28,575 nucleotides of DNA from Candidatus Kerfeldbacteria bacterium (GCA_016234305.1 JACRFM010000021.1:1-28575), one strand, 5' to 3'; counted from the stretch's first letter, positions 13,211-19,842 are shown. The notes: a model not told the origin generated them from the sequence alone. Numbers and translations are program-made.

Positions 13211-13729
13211 ATGAAACAGTTGCATCACAGTTCAGTTTGGTTGTTTTTTGTGCACTACCTTAGGTTGTCGCTGGTCTTAATTTTGTTGGTGGCTTTTTTT
13301 CTAACTTCAATGGCAATCAGGTCAACTGATTTAGAATTTAGTCTTAATTTTTGGTTAATAGTTTCTGGTGTTTTATTGTGGTTGAGCTGGTCTTTGCTGT
13401 GGGCTTATTTGTCTTATCATTATTATCGTTACGAATTGACAGACAAAGGTTTTCAAAGCGAATCAGGGGTTATTTTTAAAAAATACGTGACCATACCTTA
13501 CAATCGTATTCAGAATGTGGATATTTACCGGGGTTTATGGGCTAGAATTTTGGGTTTGTCTGACCTTAATATTCAAACCGCTGGTATGAGCGGGGTGGGC
13601 CGCTATGGCCGCATTTCGCCGTTTGCTGAAGGTCGTTTGCCTGGTTTAAGTATTAGAGAGGCGGAAACAGTTAGAGATGAATTAATCAATCAAGCCAGTC
13701 ATAAATCGGATTTAAATCAGCCCTTATAA
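13211..13729 (+). CDS. Membrane protein with bacterial PH (bPH_2/YdbS-like) domain
   Basis: Two N-terminal TM helices, then YRYELTDKG...SGVIFKKYVTIPYNRIQNVDIYRGLWARILGLSDLNIQTAG. Confidence 0.82.
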   Translation: MKQLHHSSVWLFFVHYLRLSLVLILLVAFFLTSMAIRSTDLEFSLNFWLIVSGVLLWLSWSLLWAYLSYHYYRYELTDKGFQSESGVIFKKYVTIPYNRIQNVDIYRGLWARILGLSDLNIQTAGMSGVGRYGRISPFAEGRLPGLSIREAETVRDELINQASHKSDLNQPL

Positions 13730-13757
13730 AGTTTTCCAGTAGTTTAGTAAATAAATT

Positions 13758-13784
13758 AACCCTCTTCCATTACAGAAGAGGGTT
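13758..13784. terminator. Bidirectional terminator between convergent genes
   Basis: AACCCTCTTC-CATTACA-GAAGAGGGTT, a perfect 10-bp stem followed by TT. Confidence 0.75.
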
Positions 13785-13812
13785 TTCAATTGTAGTTAAA
13801 TAAAATTGGATT

Positions 13813-13992
13813 TTAATCCTCGTCATCCTCAATTTCGTCTGTTAGAGGTTCTTTAGGTTCTATTCCGCTGCCCTTACAATACGGGCAGGTTGATTTTTTA
13901 CTACCATGAGGGTTAGGAGTTTTACCTTCTCCGCCACAGACGGAACACGTTTGGGTAAAGGGGTCGCCGAGTTCATGTTTATTTTTATCCAT
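13813..13992 (-). CDS. Small DnaJ-type zinc-finger protein with acidic tail (59 aa; start reassigned to ATG 13992)
   Basis: CSVCGGEG and CPYCKGSG (CxxCxGxG); a GGAG motif lies 7 nt before ATG 13992, which overlaps the upstream ORF stop (ATGGATAA). Confidence 0.65.
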   Translation of the reverse strand: MDKNKHELGDPFTQTCSVCGGEGKTPNPHGSKKSTCPYCKGSGIEPKEPLTDEIEDDED

Positions 13993-14191
13993 GGCTGGCT
14001 CCGGTATTTGGTTCTCCGAGACTTTCACCGCGCTGGAGCTGATTAGGTTGGCCGCTTTCGCCGCGGTGGTTCGCTAAAATTACTTGTCCACTGCCGCCGC
14101 AAGTCGGGCAGTCTTTACCCGAGCCTTTGTAGGTTGGGCAGGTAGTTGAGGTTTTAAGATCTTTGAAAGATCCGTTGACGCATCCGCACAT
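13985..14191 (-). CDS. Small DnaJ-type zinc-finger protein, one CxxC degenerate
   Basis: MCGC...CPTYKGSG...CPTCGGSG; GAGG upstream of ATG; coupled to the next ORF. Confidence 0.55.
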   Translation of the reverse strand: MCGCVNGSFKDLKTSTTCPTYKGSGKDCPTCGGSGQVILANHRGESGQPNQLQRGESLGEPNTGASHG

Positions 14192-14213
14192 AATTGCCTC
14201 TATTAAGTTGATT

Positions 14214-15116
14214 TTAGTTCATGTTTTGTTGGGGTAATTCAAATTGGACTGTAACCTTATTAATTTTGAAATGCCAGCCATAGACTTCAGTCTCTTGGTC
14301 AATGAACGTATCATAAACCTTTTGCACAAAAGTTTTTTCATTATCTTTACTAGTATGTGTGAGTAAGTTGTTTATGCAGTTATTTTCTAATTGTTTAATC
14401 GCCTTTTTATAATTACAACTTAAATTCCGGTTTAGTTTGTTAAATAGAATGCTGGCTTGAATTTTTAGAATTACGTCTCTTATTTCCCCTTCTAAGCAGG
14501 TAATGTCGCCTATGGGACGTAGTTCAATTTCTTGTAATTCAGGTAGCAGAATTGGCACATTAATCGATATTACTTGGTTAACTATAAACTTATCACCCTC
14601 AAACAAAACATGATTTCCTTGAATTATCAGTTGATTTTTGTCCACTATAAATCTGTTATTTAACACTTTATAATGTAATACTATACTCATTGAAACAAGT
14701 ACAAAGGCGAACGCCTTAAAGTAATTAGAGAAGTCAGTATTATTGTTACTTAATATCAGGTAGCTTATTGGTAGCATTAATACCGTGGCTATAGGCAGGG
14801 CGATTTTTCTTAAAGTTTTAGTCATGGCCAGGCTTATAATTTTTAACGGCCTAGGGTCAGGCGTAAAAGATGAATCAATTTTTCCAAACATCCAATAGTT
14901 AATAATAAGTCCCCAGATAAAACCAAAGAACAATGTAGAAATAATTAACAGCGGCACGTTTTCATTTTGCGGCGACTGTAATGTATTACAGATAATTTGA
15001 GCAGCTAGCCACATTACCATACCCATTAGGATGCTGACTATTCCGGACAGATTAATTATTCCGGATAGATTATAACGTCCGTAATAGTTTGTTAAGGAAA
15101 TATTTTCGTTATACAT
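14214..15116 (-). CDS. Hypothetical membrane protein (about 4 TM helices plus a soluble C-terminal domain)
   Basis: 300-aa ORF with four hydrophobic segments in the N-terminal half; AAGGAGG SD and its own promoter. Confidence 0.7.
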   Translation of the reverse strand: MYNENISLTNYYGRYNLSGIINLSGIVSILMGMVMWLAAQIICNTLQSPQNENVPLLIISTLFFGFIWGLIINYWMFGKIDSSFTPDPRPLKIISLAMTKTLRKIALPIATVLMLPISYLILSNNNTDFSNYFKAFAFVLVSMSIVLHYKVLNNRFIVDKNQLIIQGNHVLFEGDKFIVNQVISINVPILLPELQEIELRPIGDITCLEGEIRDVILKIQASILFNKLNRNLSCNYKKAIKQLENNCINNLLTHTSKDNEKTFVQKVYDTFIDQETEVYGWHFKINKVTVQFELPQQNMN

Positions 15117-15155
15117 GGATTCCTCCTTGTTGAAAGTTTGTTTTTATTTGCCTAT

Positions 15156-15184
15156 ACCTTAGTTAAAAGTGGACTTTTTGTCAA
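15156..15184 (-). promoter_or_regulatory. sigma70 promoter of the 4-TM/Zn-finger operon
   Basis: TTGACA (15184-79), N17, TAAGGT (15161-56). Confidence 0.65.
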
Positions 15185-15219
15185 ACTATTGATGGTGATT
15201 TTTTTATCTCGTTTCTATT

Positions 15220-15261
15220 TATCAACTGCTTCGCTGCTCGCGAGCAGCGAAGCAGTTGATA
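15220..15261. repeat. Perfect 42-bp palindrome
   Basis: TATCAACTGCTTCGCTGCTCG|CGAGCAGCGAAGCAGTTGATA, 21+21 bp with no spacer, checked base by base. Confidence 0.95.
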
Positions 15262-15290
15262 GTTAAGTGGTGACGTTTTTGTGCAAATTA

Positions 15291-15319
15291 TTGACAACTA
15301 AGCTAAATGGTGGTAAAAA
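15291..15319 (+). promoter_or_regulatory. Probable sigma70 promoter of the DUF218 gene
   Basis: TTGACA (15291-96), N17, TG-G-TAAAAA; the -10 is imperfect. Confidence 0.45.
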
Positions 15320-15384
15320 GAAAGGCAAACAAATACTGAATTATTAACAACAAACAAATGTTAAATAAGCCATAGGAGGACAAA

Positions 15385-16044
15385 TTGGCTGTATTAGATA
15401 AGGACAAATCGTTTGTATTGGTAGTACTAGGGAAGAATTGGGTGGAATATCCACCTAAAGATCCACCGGCTGGTTGGAAGCTAGAACTAAGCCGAGATTC
15501 AAAAGTTACGGCCCTGGCCGCAGGAGTATTGGCAGAAAGTATTTCTGAAATAAAAAAAGTGATTTTTGTCACTGGTCATACGGATGGTCAGGCTTGGCCA
15601 ACTGAAGCCGAGGAAATGCAAAGGTACGCCGCCCAGTATTTTCCGGTATTAAGAGGCGATAAAGTTATTTGCGAGACCGAAAGTATAGATACGGCGCAAG
15701 GGGCGGAAAAAGTTAGAACCATTTTAGCTGGATATGGGTTATTGGATGAGACAGTAATACTCTTAACAGTAGGTTATCATTGCAAAAGAGCTTTAAGGGT
15801 TCATAAAAATTTTGGTTTTAAAAATGTTATTTGTCATAAATCCGAAAAGGTTTTGGCTGAAAGTTTTAACTCTGCGAATGCTAAACGTGTTTGTTGGAGA
15901 GCTTTGAAAGATTACAGGAATTATAGTCTGTTGCGCAAATTCAAAAAGTGGCTGGAGGAAATTATACTAAGAGTAGTCTTGATATTTGATCCTTATGGCC
16001 GCAGATTACGTTGTGTGACGAATCATACTCGTCACCAAAAGTAA
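15385..16044 (+). CDS. YdcF/DUF218 (ElyC/SanA-like) family protein
   Basis: VVLG, VIFVTGHT, TEAEEMQRYA, E-TESIDTAQGA, LLTVGYHCKRA; TTG start with AGGAGG 5 nt upstream. Confidence 0.78.
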   Translation: MAVLDKDKSFVLVVLGKNWVEYPPKDPPAGWKLELSRDSKVTALAAGVLAESISEIKKVIFVTGHTDGQAWPTEAEEMQRYAAQYFPVLRGDKVICETESIDTAQGAEKVRTILAGYGLLDETVILLTVGYHCKRALRVHKNFGFKNVICHKSEKVLAESFNSANAKRVCWRALKDYRNYSLLRKFKKWLEEIILRVVLIFDPYGRRLRCVTNHTRHQK

Positions 16045-16070
16045 AAAAATTATTCTGGTCTTTTATGAGC

Positions 16071-16096
16071 GAGCGGATTCAAATTTGAATCCGCTC
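16071..16096 (+). terminator. Intrinsic terminator separating DUF218 from the RT unit
   Basis: Perfect 26-bp palindrome GAGCGGATTCAAA|TTTGAATCCGCTC followed by TGTTTATTT. Confidence 0.75.
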
Positions 16097-16103
16097 TGTT
16101 TAT

Positions 16104-16132
16104 TTGACGAAAGGTACCTTTTCTATTAAGCT
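16104..16132 (+). promoter_or_regulatory. sigma70 promoter of the ncRNA-RT unit
   Basis: TTGACG (16104-09), N17, TAAGCT (16127-32); predicted TSS near 16139. Confidence 0.65.
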
Positions 16133-16138
16133 ATGGCC

Positions 16139-16360
16139 AGCCGGCAGAGTGAACGGTTCTTAAAAACGTTCTTTTTTCCAAGGGAACGAGGCGGTCAGAA
16201 TCTGGCCGCCGCCCAAAATAGCCTTGTTTAATAGGCATAGTTGACGCGTGCCAGTTGAGTTGAGGCATATTTATCAATACCAGATATTTATAAGTCGACG
16301 GAACACACTTAGGAGTCGCTTTATTAGCGGCTCCAGCCGGTGTTCTTTAAAAATTAGCAA
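16139..16360 (+). ncRNA. Candidate RT-associated structured RNA (msr/msd-like)
   Basis: No ORF of 60 aa or more. Hairpins at 16167-88, 16190-210 and 16301-45 (inner stem 16312-34), plus weaker stems. G-U pairs favour the plus strand. Lies directly upstream of a retron-type RT. Confidence 0.6.
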
Positions 16361-16380
16361 ACAAATTTAGGAGTCCAAAG

Positions 16381-17592
16381 ATGTCGCGAATAAAAATTGA
16401 AGGTGGAGACACCTTGTTGGCCGGCGTCTTAGGAATGCCCTCGGCTGATATAAGAAACGCGATAGTTTGTCGCGATAATTATAAAATTAAACACATAGTT
16501 AAAAAAAGCGGCGGACGACGTCGTTTGAGCATACCCTGTAAGAGTGTAAAGAAATTTCAAAAATTATTCCTTAAGAAGTTTCTTTATTGCTTGATAGAGC
16601 GGGGAGTGCTGGATAAAAATATGACTGGTTTTTTACCTGGTGTTTCGGTAAAAGATAATGCTTTAGTACATTTGAATGAAAATTTGCAGTACGTAGTGCG
16701 GCTTGATTTTAAGAATGCTTTTCCTTCAGTAAGTTTTAGAGTAGTAAAAGAGGTGCTGTTGCATCATGTAAAAAACGAAATTGGAACTTATCGGGCAGTG
16801 GAAATACAAAGATTGCTTGGTAAAAAAATTAATTATCCGGAACCGGTCTTGTTTTCCATGAGGAAGGTTAAATGGTTTCGGGAATTAGTGAGTAGTTTGT
16901 CAGTTGACAATTCGGCGAGTTACTATCTTGATTATATTGTTGATGGTTTTATTGAAATGGCGGCTTACCTTTTAACTTATAAAGGCAAATTACCGCAAGG
17001 TGCGCCAACTTCGCCTTTTATGTTAAATTTGACAGTGAGTTATTTAAAAATTCTTGATAGAATTAGAGAATTTTTAAAGCAAAACAACATTGACAGTCAA
17101 GTCAGTATTTATGCCGACGACATTGTAATTAGCGCCAAGGAAAGAATCAACTTTGGTTTGATTCGTGGCCTTATTGGAGTTGTTGAAGCAAGTAGAGTAT
17201 TTAGAATTAATCGGGCAAAAATACTACGTTTTGATATTAACCAAACCGCGCCGCTAATCACCGGTTTTAGACTTATTCGGATTCGTTCAGTGAATCGTAA
17301 ATTAACTGAAAGCTGGCTAGCTAGATTACCGCGCAAGATTAAAGCAACGGTGGAGGAGAGGCTGTTTTACAATCCGCAATCTCCGTTTATTAATATTACT
17401 TTACCCCAGAAACAAATTAAAAAAATTCGTGGGATTATTCATCGGGCCATATATCAACCCGGGCTGGCATCAAAAGTTAACGGTTACGTGGCTTATTTAA
17501 AAGATATTTATGGTGAACATTTGCCTAGGCAAATTGTGGAGCCCTACAAGAAATATTTATTAGTAAACCAAAAAGACCCGGAAGTAGTTTAG
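16381..17592 (+). CDS. Retron-type reverse transcriptase (RNA-directed DNA polymerase)
   Basis: KKSGGRRRLSIP, GFLPG, region X NALVH (aa 93-97), LDFKNAFPSV, LPQGAPTSP, YADD (aa 244-247, nt 17110-21), region Y ITG; AGGAG SD 7 nt before ATG. Confidence 0.9.
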   Translation: MSRIKIEGGDTLLAGVLGMPSADIRNAIVCRDNYKIKHIVKKSGGRRRLSIPCKSVKKFQKLFLKKFLYCLIERGVLDKNMTGFLPGVSVKDNALVHLNENLQYVVRLDFKNAFPSVSFRVVKEVLLHHVKNEIGTYRAVEIQRLLGKKINYPEPVLFSMRKVKWFRELVSSLSVDNSASYYLDYIVDGFIEMAAYLLTYKGKLPQGAPTSPFMLNLTVSYLKILDRIREFLKQNNIDSQVSIYADDIVISAKERINFGLIRGLIGVVEASRVFRINRAKILRFDINQTAPLITGFRLIRIRSVNRKLTESWLARLPRKIKATVEERLFYNPQSPFINITLPQKQIKKIRGIIHRAIYQPGLASKVNGYVAYLKDIYGEHLPRQIVEPYKKYLLVNQKDPEVV

Positions 17593-17604
17593 CCCGGGTC
17601 TTTA
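17571..17604. terminator. Bidirectional terminator overlapping the RT stop codon
   Basis: AAAAGACCCGG-N12-CCGGGTCTTTT, an 11-bp perfect stem between convergent RT and efp. Confidence 0.75.
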
Positions 17605-17620
17605 TTATTGGTAAAAATTT

Positions 17621-18187
17621 TTACGCCCGTTCCACGTAGTCGCCGGTTTCGGTGTTGACGATTATCATTTCATCGTTCTTTATAAACAGCGGCACATTGA
17701 TGATAAGGCCGGTTTCCAACTTGGCCTGTTTAGCGCCGCCGGTGGCGGTATCGCCTTTAACGCCGGGCGGAGTTTCCACTACCTTCAGTTTTACTTTTTT
17801 AGGCAATTCCACGTTAATCGGCTGGTTGTTGAAATTCAGAATATTCACTTCCACGCCGTCAGTCAAATAGCCCACTTGTCCACCCAAAGCTTCGCGGGGA
17901 AAATCAAACTGTTCAAAAGATTCCTGGTTCATAAAATGGCAGCCAGTATCGTCGGCATACAGGAAATTAGCGCGCAGGCGGGCCATGTCAGCTTCTTCCA
18001 CTTTGTCGCCCGGTTTAAAGGTTTGCTCCAAGACCTTGCCGTTTAGGAGATTACGCAACTTGGTGCGCATAACCGGCTTGCGCTGCGCGGTGCGCATAAA
18101 AGACGATTCCAGCACTAAATAAGGCTCATCATTAACCAAAATGCTTAAACCGTTGCGGATGGAATTGAGTGAGGGTAAAACTGCCAT
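17621..18187 (-). CDS. efp: Elongation factor P
   Basis: VMRTKLRNLLNG, FLYADD, PPGVKGDTATGG-KQAKLETG, VPLFIK...VNTETGDYVERA. Confidence 0.97.
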   Translation of the reverse strand: MAVLPSLNSIRNGLSILVNDEPYLVLESSFMRTAQRKPVMRTKLRNLLNGKVLEQTFKPGDKVEEADMARLRANFLYADDTGCHFMNQESFEQFDFPREALGGQVGYLTDGVEVNILNFNNQPINVELPKKVKLKVVETPPGVKGDTATGGAKQAKLETGLIINVPLFIKNDEMIIVNTETGDYVERA

Positions 18188-18202
18188 AATTTTGATTCTG
18201 AC

Positions 18203-18445
18203 TTATTTAGCCACAAAAGGAATCAGCGCCATAAAGCGTGACCGTTTTATGGCCAAGGCCAATTTGCGCTGATGTTTCATGCAGCTACCCGTGCGGCGGC
18301 GCGGCAGTATTTTACCATAACCAGAAAGGAATTTTTGCAAAATACGCGTATCTTTATAATCACTGTCATTAAGTCCGTTTACGCAAAAATAGCATTCGCG
18401 GTCTTTGGGTGGAGCTTGGGTTCGTTTGTTATTATAGTTGTTCAT
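18203..18445 (-). CDS. rpsR: 30S ribosomal protein S18 (Zn-binding form)
   Basis: CYFC...DYKD...[27 protein letters not shown]. Confidence 0.97.
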   Translation of the reverse strand: MNNYNNKRTQAPPKDRECYFCVNGLNDSDYKDTRILQKFLSGYGKILPRRRTGSCMKHQRKLALAIKRSRFMALIPFVAK

Positions 18446-18643
18446 AATAAATTTCTGGACAATTCACCCTCCGTAAATTGACACGCCCAGTATATCAACT
18501 TGGCTATACCACTTTAAGCGCAAGTGTGGTTAAACAAAGGTAAATGATTAAATGATTTTAAGTAAGATATTAAAGTTAATAAGTGCGGTGTTTAAGGCGA
18601 GCGCCAGCCAAGTTGTATTACTGGGTATAGCTAGTGATAATTA

Positions 18644-19075
18644 TTAAAAAGGAATTTCTTCCACATTGATAGTTTCTTCAGCGGCCGCTTCCGGGCTTAC
18701 TTGACTAGTGGCTTCATCAATTTGATTATCAACTACCGGCGCGCCAGCCTTGTCCAGCATAATCATATTGTCGGCGACAATTTCAGTACGCCAGTGCTTT
18801 TGGCCTTGAGCGTCATCCCAAGAACGGGTTTGAATGCGGCCTTCCACGTAAACTTTGGAGCCCTTCTTCAAGTACTGGGCGCAAATATCAGCCAGTTTAC
18901 GCCAGGCTACCACATTGTGATATTCGGCTTTGTCTTGCCGTTCGCCAGCGGCATTAACCCAGCGCAAGTTAGTGGCTACCGAGAAGGTGGTCACATTGGT
19001 GCCTTGGGGGGTAGTTCGGGTTTCCGGGTCACGAGTTATATTGCCTAGTATCATGGCTCGGTTAAGATTATTCAT
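18644..19075 (-). CDS. ssb: Single-stranded DNA-binding protein
   Basis: NRAMILGNITRDPE, YLKKGSKVYVEGRIQTRSW, acidic tail EEIPF. Confidence 0.97.
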   Translation of the reverse strand: MNNLNRAMILGNITRDPETRTTPQGTNVTTFSVATNLRWVNAAGERQDKAEYHNVVAWRKLADICAQYLKKGSKVYVEGRIQTRSWDDAQGQKHWRTEIVADNMIMLDKAGAPVVDNQIDEATSQVSPEAAAEETINVEEIPF

Positions 19076-19148
19076 AATTTATGTCTCCTGTTAGGCGTTA
19101 ACCCTTTTTAAAGGGCAGCGCCGGTCACGAATAAGGAATAAAAATTAA

Positions 19149-19631
19149 TTACTTAACAATTTCCTTTTCCAAAATCGCGTCCAGTTTTTGGTCCAGTTCG
19201 TCCAGTTTGATGGATGGTTTGGGTGCTGTTGGCATTGTTTCTTTTTTGGCCGTCGGTGCCGTTTCTTCGGCAGTTTCATTTTTGGCTTGGAGGCGACTAA
19301 GTTTTTCCTGGAAAGCCTTAGTGCGGGCAATTTGTTCCGGAGTTTTTTGTTGTTTGGCCACAATTTGATTGCGCAAAACTTCATGGGACAAACGGAACCA
19401 ATTACTAATGCGGGCGAGATTGGCCGGTTCCAAATTGCACTCTATGGTTACATAGGTGCCGTGGCGCAGATGGTCAATCGCGTAGGCCAATTTACGTTTG
19501 CCCAAATTTTCCTCACTAGTAATTTTGGCGCCATTCTCCAGGAGCAGCTGGCGGACTTTGTCTTGAGTGGTAGTATCTTCATCCACCCCGACTTTAACCG
19601 GAATAATGTACATGATTTCGTAGTGCTTCAT
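19149..19631 (-). CDS. rpsF: 30S ribosomal protein S6 with C-terminal extension
   Basis: MKHYEIMYII, LGKRKLAYAI, EVLR; canonical rpsF-ssb-rpsR order. Confidence 0.94.
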   Translation of the reverse strand: MKHYEIMYIIPVKVGVDEDTTTQDKVRQLLLENGAKITSEENLGKRKLAYAIDHLRHGTYVTIECNLEPANLARISNWFRLSHEVLRNQIVAKQQKTPEQIARTKAFQEKLSRLQAKNETAEETAPTAKKETMPTAPKPSIKLDELDQKLDAILEKEIVK

Positions 19632-19659
19632 AAGTTAAATAGTAAGAGTTAAGAGTAAG

Positions 19660-19785
19660 TGTAAGAGAGAAACAAACAAACAAAAAACGCTCATGTTTGT
19701 GCCCTTAAGAGTAAAACCCCTCTAACCCTTAAGGATTCCGAATCTCATCGGAATACGGTGCGCTCACAATGGAAGCGCTTAACGT
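19660..19785 (-). promoter_or_regulatory. Structured 5' leader of rpsF
   Basis: Three consecutive hairpins (19760-78, 19735-54, 19703-34) whose G-U pairs favour the minus strand, then a U-rich tract. Confidence 0.5.
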
Positions 19786-19791
19786 GGACTT

Positions 19792-19820
19792 AGATTAGCA
19801 TAAGGCTTAAAGTTTGGCAA
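19792..19820 (-). promoter_or_regulatory. sigma70 promoter of the rpsF operon
   Basis: TTGCCA (19820-15), N17, TAATCT (19797-92). Confidence 0.65.
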
Positions 19821-19842
19821 GGCTGGATATTCAATTTATAAT
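19814..19842 (+). promoter_or_regulatory. Divergent sigma70 promoter sharing its -35 region with the rpsF promoter
   Basis: TTGGCA (19814-19), N17, TATAAT (19837-42). Confidence 0.6.

Noticed and set aside
16381-17592. RT as part of a diversity-generating retroelement (common in CPR)
   Set aside because: Motifs are retron-type (NAxxH, QGAPTSP, YADD, ITG). I found no TR/VR pair differing at adenines and no Avd-like gene in the window.
16045-17620. RT as a group II intron maturase or CRISPR-associated RT
   Set aside because: No domain V/VI-like sequence after the ORF, no interrupted host gene, no X/En domain, and no cas1 or repeat-spacer array.
13750-17620. Prophage or integrative element around the RT block
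   Set aside because: No integrase, structural genes, tRNA target or att direct repeats were seen.
18455-18490. Hairpin with a GGAGG loop in the rpsR leader as a CsrA site
   Set aside because: A single short motif that could occur by chance; no csrA is visible in the window to support it.
19731-19754. tRNA-like T-arm impression (GGATTCCGAATC)
   Set aside because: No acceptor stem, D-arm or anticodon arm in the right spacing; explained as a leader hairpin.
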